NCBI GenBank assembly: GCA_017518975.1
Contig: JAFWTH010000037.1
Location: 1-58,569, forward strand
Source of the DNA: Clostridia bacterium
Lineage (GTDB): Bacteria; Bacillota; Clostridia; Oscillospirales; CAG-272
Direction: 5' to 3'
DNA length: 58,569 bases
The notes beneath the pieces are model-generated. The model saw nothing but the letters and a program-made list of their open reading frames with translations, searched no databases and was not told where the DNA came from. The position numbers and the translations under genes were made by a program. Below are positions 9,441-20,188 of this stretch, piece after piece. The number at the start of each line of letters is the position of its first letter. The first letter of the stretch is position 1.

Positions 9441-10379
9441 ATGACAAAAGTATTCGTTGACGGCGGGTCGGGAACGACAGGCCTCCGGATAAAGGAGCGG
9501 CTCGCCGGAATGGACGGGATAAAGACCGTCGTTCTCCCGGACGAAGTCCGCCGCGATCCCGCGAAAAGAGCGGAAGCAGCGAACGACTCCGACGTTGTTT
9601 TCCTCTGCCTGCCCGACGACGCGGCGCGGGAATCGGTCTCGCTGATCGAAAACCCCGATACCGTCGTCATCGACACCTCGACGGCCCACAGGACCGCGGA
9701 CGGATGGGTCTACGGATTCCCGGAGTTGTCGGAGGAGCAGAGAGAACTGATAAAGACCTCGAAAAGGATCGCGAATCCCGGCTGTCACGCGAGCGGCTTC
9801 GTCGCTCTCGTCGCGCCTCTGACCGCCGCAGGGATCATCCCGAAGACCGCGCGTCTCTCGGCGACCTCGGTCACCGGTTACAGCGGCGGCGGCAAAAAGA
9901 TGATAGCGGAATACGAGGCGAAGAGCGCGGATCTGATCGCGCCGAGGATGTACGGCGTCGGGCAGACGCACAAGCACCTGCCCGAGATGAGGAAATACGG
10001 CGGAGTTTACTCCGAGCCGGTCTTCACTCCGATCGTATCGGGCTTTTACTCCGGAATGCTCGTGACCGTACCGCTGTCGTCGGACGATCTGTCCCCCGGC
10101 TTCCGGGCGTCCGATATCATCGACTGCTACCGCGGGAAATACTCGGGGCAGGTGATAAAATACGTCCCGTCCGACTCTCCCCTCTTCCCCGGCGGATTCG
10201 TCTCCGCCGCCGCCCTCTCGGGCTCCGACTCGATGGCGGTCTCCGTCTTCGGGAACGGCGAGCGGACCGTCCTCGCGGCACTTTTCGACAATCTCGGCAA
10301 GGGCGCGTCGGGCGCGGCGATCCAGTGTATGAACATATCGCTCGGAAGAAACGAAACGGACTCTCTTGAGCTTATCTGA
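9441..10379 (+). CDS. argC: N-acetyl-gamma-glutamyl-phosphate reductase (short type-2 form)
   Basis: VFVDGGSGTTGL, IANPGCH, GYSGGGK, DNLGKGASGAA. Confidence 0.95.
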   Translation: MTKVFVDGGSGTTGLRIKERLAGMDGIKTVVLPDEVRRDPAKRAEAANDSDVVFLCLPDDAARESVSLIENPDTVVIDTSTAHRTADGWVYGFPELSEEQRELIKTSKRIANPGCHASGFVALVAPLTAAGIIPKTARLSATSVTGYSGGGKKMIAEYEAKSADLIAPRMYGVGQTHKHLPEMRKYGGVYSEPVFTPIVSGFYSGMLVTVPLSSDDLSPGFRASDIIDCYRGKYSGQVIKYVPSDSPLFPGGFVSAAALSGSDSMAVSVFGNGERTVLAALFDNLGKGASGAAIQCMNISLGRNETDSLELI

Positions 10380-10394
10380 AAGGAAAACGCAACC

Positions 10395-11606
10395 ATGAAA
10401 ATGATCGAAGGCGGCGTCACCGCCGCAAAGGGCTTTACGGCGAACGGGATACATTGCGGGATAAGGAAGAGCAGGACGAAGCGCGATCTTTGCCTGATCC
10501 TCAGCGACCGACCCGCCTCGTCCGCCGCGGTATATACCTCGAACCTCGTTAAAGGCGCGCCGCTTGCCGTGACGAAAAAGAACATTGAAAACGGCGTCGC
10601 GCGAGCCGTGATATGCAACAGCGGAAACGCCAACACCTGCAACGCCGACGGCGTTGAGATCGCGGAAAAAATGTGTTCGCTGACCGCGGACGCTCTCGGG
10701 ATCGACCCGGGCGACGTTATCGTCGCCTCGACCGGGGTCATCGGAGAGCCGCTTTCGGTCGAGCCGATCGCCGCAGGAATGAGTGATCTCGTCGCGGGAC
10801 TCGGCGATCACAACGATTTCGCCGCGGAGGCGATAATGACGACGGACGTGAAGATCAAATCGTTCGCCGTCGAGTTCGATATCGGCGGCGTCACGTGCCG
10901 TCTCGGCGGTATCGCGAAGGGCTCCGGGATGATCCATCCGAACCTCGCCACGATGCTCGTCTTCATCACGACCGACTGTTCCGTCAGCGCGTCCGCGCTC
11001 CAGGCCGCGCTGCGCACCGACGTTCAAAAAACTTTCAACATGATAAGCATCGACGGGGACACCTCGACCAACGATATGGTCGCCGTCCTCGCGAACGGCG
11101 CTTCGGGATCGCCCGAGGTGACCGAGGACAGCGAGTACTTCCCGGAATTCATGAAGGCGCTCAATTCCGTCACCGTCGCTCTCTGCCGCTCCATCGCGGC
11201 TGACGGCGAGGGCGCGACTAAGCTCATCGAGTGCGCCGTGACCGGCGCGCCGGACGAGGCGTGCGCAAAAACCGCGGCGAAAGCCGTCGTCTGCTCGTCG
11301 CTGACGAAAGCGGCGATGTTCGGCGCGGACGCCAACTGGGGGCGCGTCCTCTGCGCGATCGGCTACAGCGGCGCCGCCGTGGATCCCTCAAAAATAGGCG
11401 TCGTCTTCTCGTCCCGGGCGGGCGAGGTGGAAGTCTGCCGGGACGGTTCAGGCGTCCCGTTCTCCGAGGAGATCGCGAAAGCCGTCCTCTCCGAGGACGA
11501 GATCGTGATAAAAGTCGACCTCGGCATCGGCGAAGACACAGCGACCGCGTGGGGCTGCGACCTCACTTACGATTACGTTAAGATCAACGGGGATTACCGG
11601 ACGTGA
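10395..11606 (+). CDS. argJ: Ornithine acetyltransferase / N-acetylglutamate synthase
   Basis: NSGNAN, KGSGMIHPNLATML, DGDTSTND, DGEGATK, YVKINGDYRT. Confidence 0.97.
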   Translation: MKMIEGGVTAAKGFTANGIHCGIRKSRTKRDLCLILSDRPASSAAVYTSNLVKGAPLAVTKKNIENGVARAVICNSGNANTCNADGVEIAEKMCSLTADALGIDPGDVIVASTGVIGEPLSVEPIAAGMSDLVAGLGDHNDFAAEAIMTTDVKIKSFAVEFDIGGVTCRLGGIAKGSGMIHPNLATMLVFITTDCSVSASALQAALRTDVQKTFNMISIDGDTSTNDMVAVLANGASGSPEVTEDSEYFPEFMKALNSVTVALCRSIAADGEGATKLIECAVTGAPDEACAKTAAKAVVCSSLTKAAMFGADANWGRVLCAIGYSGAAVDPSKIGVVFSSRAGEVEVCRDGSGVPFSEEIAKAVLSEDEIVIKVDLGIGEDTATAWGCDLTYDYVKINGDYRT

Positions 11607-11646
11607 CGCGTCCGGTTCCCCGAATTTCGGTTTTTTGGAGGCAGAT

Positions 11647-12516
11647 ATGACGGTTTCATCTCTTTCGAACGCCGACAGGGCGAAGATCCTCGTCGAGGCG
11701 CTCCCCTACATCCGCAAATACGTAAATAAAGTCATCGTCATCAAATACGGCGGAAACGCCATGACGAGCGACGGGCTCAAATCGGACGTGATGGGCGATA
11801 TCGTCCTGCTGACTCTGATCGGAGTCAAGGTCGTCCTCGTCCACGGCGGCGGCCCCGAGATCACCGATATGCTCGCGAAGACGGGCAAGAAGAGCGAATT
11901 CGTCGAAGGGCTCCGCGTTACCGACCGCGAGACCGTCGACATCGTTCAGATGGTCCTCGCCGGAAAGGTGAACAAGGACCTCGTCAACCTGCTCGAGACG
12001 AAGGGCGGCCGCGCCGTCGGTCTGTCCGGCATCGATGGCAGGATGATCATGGCAAAGTCCAAGGACGAGCGGCTCGGATACGTCGGCGAGATCACCAAGG
12101 TCAACCCCGCCCCCGTCTGGGATATGCTCGACCGCGGATACATCCCGGTCATCTCCACCGTCGGATGTGACGAGGAGGGAAACACGTACAACATCAACGC
12201 AGACACGGCGGCGGCGATGATCGCAGGTGCGATAAGGGCGGAGAGCTTCTTCACGCTCACCGACGTACGCGGCATACTTCGCGACAAGGACGATCCCGAG
12301 TCGATCATCCGCACCGTGAGGGCGGACGAGACGGAAGACCTCATTAAAAGCGGCGTCATCAGCGGCGGCATGATCCCGAAAGTAAGAAGCTGCACCGAAG
12401 CGATCAGATGCGGCGTCAAGCGCGTGTTCGTCATCGACGGACGCATACCGCACGCCATCCTGATCGAAATGCTCACCGACGAAGGCGTCGGAACGATGTT
12501 CACGAAAGGGGAGTGA
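11647..12516 (+). CDS. argB: Acetylglutamate kinase
   Basis: IKYGGNAM, VHGGGPEI, GLRVTD, NINAD, GGMIPK; ATG after GGAGG. Confidence 0.97.
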   Translation: MTVSSLSNADRAKILVEALPYIRKYVNKVIVIKYGGNAMTSDGLKSDVMGDIVLLTLIGVKVVLVHGGGPEITDMLAKTGKKSEFVEGLRVTDRETVDIVQMVLAGKVNKDLVNLLETKGGRAVGLSGIDGRMIMAKSKDERLGYVGEITKVNPAPVWDMLDRGYIPVISTVGCDEEGNTYNINADTAAAMIAGAIRAESFFTLTDVRGILRDKDDPESIIRTVRADETEDLIKSGVISGGMIPKVRSCTEAIRCGVKRVFVIDGRIPHAILIEMLTDEGVGTMFTKGE

Positions 12517-12521
12517 CCGCC

Positions 12522-13697
12522 GTGGCTGATACTAAATCTCTGGACAGGGAATATATCGTACCGACTTACAAAAGGTACGACGTCAATATAGTCCGCGGCA
12601 CCGGCGCGCTCCTTTACGACGAGACGGGAAAGGAATACGTCGACATGGGCGCGGGGATCGCGACGAACTCGTTCGGCGCGTGCGACCCCGTCTGGATCGC
12701 CGCGGTCGAAAAACAGCTCGGACGCATCCAGCACGCCTCGAACCTGTACTACACCGACCCTTGCGCAAAACTCGCAGAACTTCTTTGCGAAAAGACCGGA
12801 ATGAAGAAAGTGTTTTTCTGCAACTCCGGCGCGGAAGCGAACGAGTGCGCGATAAAGACGGCGCGCAAATGGGCGGCGGAGAACAAGGGAGAGGAATACT
12901 TCACCGTCGTAACGATGAAGAATTCGTTCCACGGCAGGACGCTCGCCACGCTCGCGGCGACCGGCCAGGACGTTTTTCACAAGGATTTTCTGCCCGTGAC
13001 TCCGGGGTTCGCGTACGCGGAACCCGAGGATATCGACGGGCTCCGTTCGGTTTTTGAAGATCAAAAATGCGCCGCGGTCCTTTTAGAGACCGTTCAGGGC
13101 GAAGGCGGCGTCCGCCCGCTTTCGACGGAATATCTCAAAGCCGTCGCCGCTCTTTGCGGAGAATATAACGTTCTTCTCATGATCGACGAAGTGCAGACCG
13201 GCAACGGCAGATGCGGGTATTTCTATTCGTATATGGAGCACGGGATCGAGCCCGACGCAGTAACGACGGCGAAGGGGCTCGGCGGCGGCCTTCCCGTCGG
13301 CGCGGTCCTCTTCTCGGAGAAGACGGCGGGCGTGCTCACGCCGGGAACTCACGGCTCTACGTTCGGCGGGAATCCCGTCTGCTGCGCGGGCGCCGTAAGC
13401 GTCGTCTCGCGTATCGACGGGGACTTCCTCGCGTCCGTACGCGCAAAATCGGAGAAGATTTTCAAAACGCTCACGGGCAAGCCCGGAATAAAGGGCGTAT
13501 ACGGAAGGGGCCTCCTCGTCGGCGTCGAAGTCGATGGCGAGCCCGCCGAATTCATAAACAAATGTATTGAAAAAGGAGTTCTCGTCCTCGGAGCGAAAGG
13601 CAGAGTGCGCCTCGCGCCTCCGCTCAATATCCCGGACGGGCTTCTTGACCGCGCGCTCTCAACAATAACGGCGATCGCCGCGGGGGAGGAATTATGA
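12522..13697 (+). CDS. argD: Acetylornithine aminotransferase (GTG start; 12513 also possible)
   Basis: [37 protein letters not shown]. Confidence 0.95.
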   Translation: MADTKSLDREYIVPTYKRYDVNIVRGTGALLYDETGKEYVDMGAGIATNSFGACDPVWIAAVEKQLGRIQHASNLYYTDPCAKLAELLCEKTGMKKVFFCNSGAEANECAIKTARKWAAENKGEEYFTVVTMKNSFHGRTLATLAATGQDVFHKDFLPVTPGFAYAEPEDIDGLRSVFEDQKCAAVLLETVQGEGGVRPLSTEYLKAVAALCGEYNVLLMIDEVQTGNGRCGYFYSYMEHGIEPDAVTTAKGLGGGLPVGAVLFSEKTAGVLTPGTHGSTFGGNPVCCAGAVSVVSRIDGDFLASVRAKSEKIFKTLTGKPGIKGVYGRGLLVGVEVDGEPAEFINKCIEKGVLVLGAKGRVRLAPPLNIPDGLLDRALSTITAIAAGEEL

Positions 13698-14689
13698 AAA
13701 CGGACCTCAAAGGAAGAGATTTTCTGAAACTGCTCGACTTCACGCCGGAAGAGATCGCGTATCTGCTCGACCTCGCCGCCGACCTGAAGGACAAAAAGAA
13801 AAAGGGGATACCCCACGACGCGCTCAGGGGCAAAAACGTCGCCCTGATCTTCGAGAAGACGAGCACGCGCACGCGCTGTTCGTTCGAGGTGGCGGCGCAT
13901 GACCTCGGAATGGGCGTGACGTACCTCGACCCGTCGGGGTCGCAGATCGGCAAAAAGGAATCGATCGCCGACACCGCCCGCGTCCTGTCGCGGATGTTCG
14001 ACGGAATCGAGTACCGCGGCTTCGGTCAGGAGCGCGTCGAAACGCTGGCAAAATACTCGGACGTCCCCGTGTGGAACGGTCTGACCGACGAGTTCCACCC
14101 GACGCAGATCCTCGCCGATTTCCTCACCGCGCGCGAAAAACTCGGATCGCTGCGCGGCAAAAAACTCGTCTATATGGGCGACGCGCGGTTCAATATGGGC
14201 AACTCGCTGATGGTCGGATGCGCGAAAATGGGGATGGAATTCACCGCCTGCGCCCCGCGCGAGTATTTCCCGAACAAAGGCCTTGTCGCGACCTGCAGGG
14301 AGATCGCCGCTCAGACGGGCGCGGTACTGAATTTTGAAGAGAATCCCGCGGGCGCCGTGCGCGGCGCGGATATCATATACACCGACGTCTGGGTCTCGAT
14401 GGGCGAGCCCGAGGCGGTCTGGGCGGAGCGGATCGCCGCTCTGTCGCCTTACCGCGTCGATTCCGCTCTCATGGCGGCGGCGGGCGAGAACACGATATTC
14501 ATGCACTGCCTGCCCGCTTACCACGACGCGAACACCGAGATAGGACGTAAGGTGGGCGAGGCGTTCGGCCTCGACTCGCTCGAAGTGACCGACGAAGTCT
14601 TCGAGTCGGACCGCTCCGTCGTCTTCGACGAGGCGGAGAACAGGATGCACACGATAAAAGCGGTAATGGCGGCAACTCTTCGTCATTGA
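13694..14689 (+). CDS. argF: Ornithine carbamoyltransferase
   Basis: [32 protein letters not shown]. Confidence 0.97.
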   Translation: MKTDLKGRDFLKLLDFTPEEIAYLLDLAADLKDKKKKGIPHDALRGKNVALIFEKTSTRTRCSFEVAAHDLGMGVTYLDPSGSQIGKKESIADTARVLSRMFDGIEYRGFGQERVETLAKYSDVPVWNGLTDEFHPTQILADFLTAREKLGSLRGKKLVYMGDARFNMGNSLMVGCAKMGMEFTACAPREYFPNKGLVATCREIAAQTGAVLNFEENPAGAVRGADIIYTDVWVSMGEPEAVWAERIAALSPYRVDSALMAAAGENTIFMHCLPAYHDANTEIGRKVGEAFGLDSLEVTDEVFESDRSVVFDEAENRMHTIKAVMAATLRH

Positions 14690-14713
14690 TCTGTCTTACG
14701 GCAGATCAATGAC

Positions 14714-14754
14714 GGATAAAATTCCCCTTTGAAATGGGACCCAACCCATTTCAT
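14714..14754. repeat. Dispersed REP-like palindromic element, copy 1
   Basis: GGATAAAATTCC..TGAAATGGGACCCAACCCATTTCAT, near-identical to 58321-58360; preceded by hairpin TCATTGATCTG..CAGATCAATGA. Confidence 0.8.
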
Positions 14755-14846
14755 TTTGCTTCGCAAAAAACAGGGGAATTTTACGCTGAAAATATAATCT
14801 TAATTTTTCGACAAGATCATTTCGGAAAAACCGAAAGGACGGCACA

Positions 14847-15938
14847 ATGAAAAAAAGGTATCTCATACTCGAATCGGGCCGCGTGTTCGAGGGGGTCGGC
14901 TTCGGCGCGGATCCCTCGCCTGACGGTACGGTCGGCGAGCTCGTATTCACGACCGGAATGTGCGGTTATCTCGAATGCATAACCGACCCGTCGTATTACG
15001 GTCAGATAGTGACGCAGACGTTCCCGATGATCGGAAACTACGGCGTGATCTCCTCCGATTTTGAGGGGTGTCCCGCCCTTTTCGGATACGTCGTCAGGGA
15101 GTGGTGTCCCGCGCCGTCGAATTTTCGTTCCGAAGGCGATATCGACTCGTTCCTCAAAGATCGCGGGATCCCCGGGATCTGCGGAGTCGACACGAGGGAG
15201 ATCACGAAACTGATCCGCGACCGCGGCGTCATGAACGCCGTCATCACGGACGGCGAGCCCGATTTTTCGCTTTATTCGCAGGCGCTTTCGTCATATAAGG
15301 TGCGGGGAGCCGTTCCCGCCGTCACCTCGACGCGCCCGAATCTTTTCCCCGCCGACGGAGACGAGAAGTTCCGCGTCGTCCTGATCGACTACGGCGCGAA
15401 AGCGGGGATAACCGCCGCGCTTCGGGCGCGGGAATGCTCCGTTCTCTCCGTCCCCGCGAACACGGACGCCGAGAGTATCCTCGAGATGAAGCCCGACGGC
15501 ATCATGCTCTCGAACGGACCCGGCGACCCGACGGAAAGGCGCGACTGCATAGAGGAACTCAAAAAGATATTCGGCAGAGTCCCGATTTTCGGTATCTGCC
15601 TCGGCCACCAGCTCCTCGCGCTCTCGACCGGCGCGCTGACGGAAAAACTGAAGTTCGGCCACCGAGGCGCGAATCAGCCCGTCCGCGACGTTAAAAGCGG
15701 CAGAACGTATATCACCTCGCAGAACCACGGCTACGCCGTGAGGGTGGGGTCGCTCCGCCGCGGAACGATGAGTTTTACAAACGCGAACGACGGAACCTGC
15801 GAGGGGATCGACTATGAAGCCGATCTCGCCTTCTCCGTTCAGTTCCACCCCGAGGCGAGAAGCGGCCCGCACGACACGGAGTTTCTTTTCGACCGGTTCG
15901 TACGGATGATGGAGGTGAGACGAAATGCCAAAGGATGA
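14847..15938 (+). CDS. carA: Carbamoyl-phosphate synthase small subunit
   Basis: TDPSYYGQI, LSNGPGDP, GICLGHQ, SQNHGY, QFHPE. Confidence 0.97.
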   Translation: MKKRYLILESGRVFEGVGFGADPSPDGTVGELVFTTGMCGYLECITDPSYYGQIVTQTFPMIGNYGVISSDFEGCPALFGYVVREWCPAPSNFRSEGDIDSFLKDRGIPGICGVDTREITKLIRDRGVMNAVITDGEPDFSLYSQALSSYKVRGAVPAVTSTRPNLFPADGDEKFRVVLIDYGAKAGITAALRARECSVLSVPANTDAESILEMKPDGIMLSNGPGDPTERRDCIEELKKIFGRVPIFGICLGHQLLALSTGALTEKLKFGHRGANQPVRDVKSGRTYITSQNHGYAVRVGSLRRGTMSFTNANDGTCEGIDYEADLAFSVQFHPEARSGPHDTEFLFDRFVRMMEVRRNAKG

Positions 15939-18900
15939 ATCGATCCGCAAGGTGATGGTCATCGGCTCCGGTCCGATCGTCATCGGTCAGGCGGCGGAGT
16001 TCGACTACGCCGGAACGCAGGCGTGCCGCGTCCTCGAAGCGGAGGGGATCGAAACGGTCCTCGTCAACTCCAATCCCGCTACCGTTATGACGGACACCGA
16101 CCTCGCGGACGAGGTATACCTCGAACCGCTCACGGTCGAGACCGTGAAAAGGATAATCAAAAAAGAAAAGCCCGACTGTCTTCTCGCCGGACTCGGCGGA
16201 CAGACGGGGCTGACTCTCGCCGTAAAGCTCTTTGAGGACGGTTTCCTCGACGAGAACGGCGTGCGCCTCATCGGCTCGAACGTCGACGCGATAAAGAAAT
16301 CGGAAGACAGACAGCTGTTCAAGGATACGATGGCGGCGATCGGCGAGCCGACGATCCCGTCCGACACCGCGCACGACGTTGAGAAATCTCTGCGGATCGC
16401 CGAAGAGATCGGATATCCCGTCATCGTCCGCCCCGCGTACACGCTCGGCGGAGGCGGGGGCGGCGTCGCAAACTGCCCCGAAGAACTCGAAACGGTCGCA
16501 GCGGCGGGTATCGCCGCGTCGCCGATCGGTCAGATACTCGTCGAAAAATATATCTACGGCTGGAAAGAAATAGAATTTGAGACGATGCGCGACGGCAAGG
16601 GCAACGTGATCGCGGTCTGCTCGATGGAGAACGTCGACCCGGTCGGCGTCCACACCGGCGACTCCGTCGTCGTCGCACCCGCGCTGACGCTCTCTGACAG
16701 GGAGTATCAGACTCTGCGCAGCGCGTCTCTGAACATCATCTCGGCGCTCGGCATTGTCGGCGGGTGCAACTGTCAGTTCGCCCTCGACCCGGAGAGCTTC
16801 GACTACGCCGTCATCGAGGTCAACCCGCGCGTGTCCAGATCGTCCGCTCTAGCCAGCAAGGCGACCGGTTACCCGATAGCGAAGATCACCGCGAAGATCG
16901 CGCTCGGCTACACGCTCGACGAGATCAAAAACGACGTGACCGGAAAGACGTGCGCCTGCTTCGAGCCCGCGCTCGACTACGTAGTCGTCAAACTCCCGAA
17001 ATGGCCGTTCGACAAGCTCCACGGCTCCTCGCGCAAGCTCGGGACGCAGATGAAGGCGACAGGCGAGGTCATGGCTATCGCGACCTCCTTCCCCGCGGCG
17101 CTCATGAAAGCCGTCCGCGGCGCGGAGATCGGAACGGAAACGCTCGGAATACGCTATTTTGAAAACAAGACGGAAGACGAACTGCTCGAAGCGGTCGGCA
17201 GCTGCGACGACAGACGGCTCTTCGCCGTTTTCGCCGCGCTCAAATCCGGGGTCTCCGTCGAAGAGATCTCAAAGATCACGCGCATCGATCCGTTCTTCGT
17301 ATCCCAGATAAAACGGCTCGCCGATTATGAAAACAGAATATCGGGTCTCTCGCTCGACTCAGCCGATTATCTCGAGGGCAAAAAGCTCGGCTACACCGAC
17401 ACGGCGCTCGACGCCCTCTCGGGATATCCGCTCCCGTGCCACCGCGAGGCGGTCTTCAGGATCGTCGACACGTGCGGAGGCGAGTTCGACGCGGAGACTC
17501 CATACTACTATTCCTCGTACGACGAGGACTGCGAGGCGCGTCACGCCGCGCGCGCTCCGGGAAAGACCGTCGTCGTTCTCGGCTCGGGACCGATCCGCAT
17601 CGGTCAGGGGATCGAGTTCGATTACTCCTCCGTCCATTGCGCAACGACGCTCCGCCGTCTCGGCTACGAGGTCGTCATCATAAACAACAACCCCGAAACG
17701 GTCTCGACCGACTACGACACGGCGGACCGGCTCTACTTCGAGCCGCTGACGCCCGAGGACGTTATGAACGTCGTCGCCGTCGAGGAACCGGTCGGCGTCG
17801 TCGTGGCGTTCGGCGGCCAGACGGCAATAAAACTCACTAAATATCTCGACTCGCGCGGAGTCAGAATTCTCGGCACGTCAGCCGAGGGGATCGACACGGC
17901 GGAGGACCGCGAACGGTTCGACTCCCTGCTCGGTTCGCTCGGTATAAAGCGGCCGCAGGGAATGGGCGTCACCGGGACCGACGAGGCGATACGCGCCGCA
18001 AACGAACTCGGATATCCCGTTCTGCTCCGTCCCTCTTACGTCATCGGCGGGCAGAATATGAGGATAGTCTACTCTGACCGCGAGGTGAGGGAGTATATGG
18101 CTCCGATCCTCGAGGCGGGAGTCGACAGTCCCGTCCTCGTCGATAAATATATGAGCGGGATCGAGCTCGAGCTCGACGTCATCTCCGACGGAGAGGACGT
18201 TCTTATCCCCGGCATAATGGAGCACGTCGAACGGGCGGGAGTCCACTCAGGCGATTCGATCGCCGTGATCCCCGCTTATAAACTGAACGACAAAATGACG
18301 TCGGTCGTCATCAGTCAGGCGACGGCGATCTCGCTCGCGCTCGGAACGCGCGGACTCGTCAACATCCAGCTTCTTATATGGCGCGGCGAACCGTACGTGA
18401 TCGAGGTCAACCCTCGCGCATCGCGCACCGTCCCGTATATCAGCAAAGTCACGGGCGTTCCGATGATCGAGCTTGCGACGCGCGTCATGGTGGGCGAAAA
18501 ACTCGCAGACATGGGGTACGGAACCGGTCTTTACAGAACTCCGCCTTACTTTGCCGTCAAAGTCCCCGTCTTCTCGTTTGAAAAACTGCCCGACGCTTTC
18601 TCCGGTCTCGGACCGGAGATGAAGTCGACGGGCGAGGTGCTCGGGATCGGCAAAGACCTCAACGAAGCGCTCTTCAAGGGAATGCGCTCGGCGGGTCTGC
18701 TCCTTCCGTCCTCTCTGCGGCGCGAGGGAGTCGGTTTCTTCCTGCATGCGGACGAAAAAGACGTCCACGAGCTTATCGACCTTGCAAAAAAACTCGACGA
18801 TCTTCATTTCACGCTATACGCGTCGGAGAGCACCGCGGAGATGATATCGAAACTCGGCGTCAGCGTGAAAGTAGTCGATGAAACGTGCGCCGACGGAAAA

Positions 18901-19974
18901 CTCCTCTCTCTTCTTGACGGCGGGGAGATCAGCTACGTCGTCTATTCCGCGCTCGAGGATGCGGACGACGTCAGGAACTTCGATACGATCCACGCCCGCG
19001 CGATCGCGCTCTCCGTGCCGTGCCTCACGTCGCTCGACACCGCGGAAGCGCTCGCCGACATCATTCTGAGCCGGTACGCCGAGCACAACACGGAGCTCGT
19101 CGACATCAACACGATGAGAAAAGAAAGGATGAAGCTTTCGTTCTCGAAGATGGAGGCGACGGGCGCCGACTATATCGTCATCGACGACCGCGACGGGACG
19201 ATCACGTGTCCCGAATCGCTCTGCATAAAACTCTGCGACCGCCACTACGGCGTCGGCGGGTACGGCATCGCCCTGATAGAGAAGCCGGACGACCCGGAGG
19301 CGCACGTCAGAATGCGTCTGTTCAACAGGGACGGAAGCGAGGGCTTCATCGCAGGGACGGGCATCCGCTCCGTCGCAAAATACGTTTACGACCGCGGGAT
19401 CGCGAAGGAGGACGTCGTCCGGATCGAAACGGCGTCCGGGATCCGTCCCGTCAGCGTCTATACCTCCGACGGCAGAGTCACGATGGCGGGAGCCGGGATG
19501 GGGCGCGCGGAATTCGCGCCCGAGAAGATCCCGTGCACTCTCGACGGGGACGAGATCGTCGACCGGAAGATCAAAATCGCGGGCGGCGAATACCGGGTCA
19601 CCTGCCTTTCCGTCGGCAACCCGCACTGCGTGGTGTTCTGCGACAGGATCGACGACCTCGATCTTGAATCGATCGGACCGAAGTTTGAAAACGACCCGAT
19701 CTTCCCGGAGCGCGTCAACACCGAATTCGTCCGCGTCGTCGACCCGACGACGCTCAGGATGCGCGTCTGGGAGCGCGGCAACGGCGAGACGTTCGCCTGC
19801 GGTACGGGCGCCTGCGCGGCAGTCGCCGCGGCGGTGAAAAACGGCGTCTGCCCGAAGGGCGAGGACATCACCGTCAAAGTCATCGGAGGCGACCTGATCG
19901 TAAACTTCACGGATGAGGAGATCACCCTCTCCGGCGACACGAAGCTCGTCTTCGACGGAGTGACTGAATATTGA
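15925..19974 (+). CDS. carB: Carbamoyl-phosphate synthase large subunit fused to a C-terminal DapF-like domain (from ~19129)
   Basis: GSGPIVIGQAAEFDY, two ATP-grasp halves, MGS-like domain, then FSKM..G.DY, DRHYGVGG, SVGNPHCV, FPERVNTEF, VWERGNGETFACGTG, all in one frame. Confidence 0.95.
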   Translation: MPKDESIRKVMVIGSGPIVIGQAAEFDYAGTQACRVLEAEGIETVLVNSNPATVMTDTDLADEVYLEPLTVETVKRIIKKEKPDCLLAGLGGQTGLTLAVKLFEDGFLDENGVRLIGSNVDAIKKSEDRQLFKDTMAAIGEPTIPSDTAHDVEKSLRIAEEIGYPVIVRPAYTLGGGGGGVANCPEELETVAAAGIAASPIGQILVEKYIYGWKEIEFETMRDGKGNVIAVCSMENVDPVGVHTGDSVVVAPALTLSDREYQTLRSASLNIISALGIVGGCNCQFALDPESFDYAVIEVNPRVSRSSALASKATGYPIAKITAKIALGYTLDEIKNDVTGKTCACFEPALDYVVVKLPKWPFDKLHGSSRKLGTQMKATGEVMAIATSFPAALMKAVRGAEIGTETLGIRYFENKTEDELLEAVGSCDDRRLFAVFAALKSGVSVEEISKITRIDPFFVSQIKRLADYENRISGLSLDSADYLEGKKLGYTDTALDALSGYPLPCHREAVFRIVDTCGGEFDAETPYYYSSYDEDCEARHAARAPGKTVVVLGSGPIRIGQGIEFDYSSVHCATTLRRLGYEVVIINNNPETVSTDYDTADRLYFEPLTPEDVMNVVAVEEPVGVVVAFGGQTAIKLTKYLDSRGVRILGTSAEGIDTAEDRERFDSLLGSLGIKRPQGMGVTGTDEAIRAANELGYPVLLRPSYVIGGQNMRIVYSDREVREYMAPILEAGVDSPVLVDKYMSGIELELDVISDGEDVLIPGIMEHVERAGVHSGDSIAVIPAYKLNDKMTSVVISQATAISLALGTRGLVNIQLLIWRGEPYVIEVNPRASRTVPYISKVTGVPMIELATRVMVGEKLADMGYGTGLYRTPPYFAVKVPVFSFEKLPDAFSGLGPEMKSTGEVLGIGKDLNEALFKGMRSAGLLLPSSLRREGVGFFLHADEKDVHELIDLAKKLDDLHFTLYASESTAEMISKLGVSVKVVDETCADGKLLSLLDGGEISYVVYSALEDADDVRNFDTIHARAIALSVPCLTSLDTAEALADIILSRYAEHNTELVDINTMRKERMKLSFSKMEATGADYIVIDDRDGTITCPESLCIKLCDRHYGVGGYGIALIEKPDDPEAHVRMRLFNRDGSEGFIAGTGIRSVAKYVYDRGIAKEDVVRIETASGIRPVSVYTSDGRVTMAGAGMGRAEFAPEKIPCTLDGDEIVDRKIKIAGGEYRVTCLSVGNPHCVVFCDRIDDLDLESIGPKFENDPIFPERVNTEFVRVVDPTTLRMRVWERGNGETFACGTGACAAVAAAVKNGVCPKGEDITVKVIGGDLIVNFTDEEITLSGDTKLVFDGVTEY

Positions 19975-19978
19975 GAGT

Positions 19979-20005
19979 TTATCCCCCCGCAAAACGGGGG
20001 GATAA
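19979..20005 (+). terminator. Hairpin ending the arg-car operon
   Basis: TTATCCCCCCG-CAAAA-CGGGGGGATAA right after the stop. Confidence 0.7.
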
Positions 20006-20127
20006 CTGTGTTTATGCGGTTTCCGCACAACACGCCTTTCACAACAAACAATTATCAATTCGTTGTTTCAAATCCAAGCGTTCATTAGGTTTGAGGATCG
20101 CAAAAACGCGGCGCGATTATCGTCTGC

Positions 20128-20156
20128 TTGACTTTCCCGCGGAGGGATGATAAGAT
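20128..20156 (+). promoter_or_regulatory. Sigma-A-type promoter of the lipoprotein/repeat protein/rSAM operon
   Basis: TTGACT (20128)-17 bp-TAAGAT (20151) with TGn extension; GGGAGG RBS before TTG 20189. Confidence 0.65.
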
Positions 20157-20188
20157 AAAAACATAATAAAACCCGGGAGGAAATCGCT

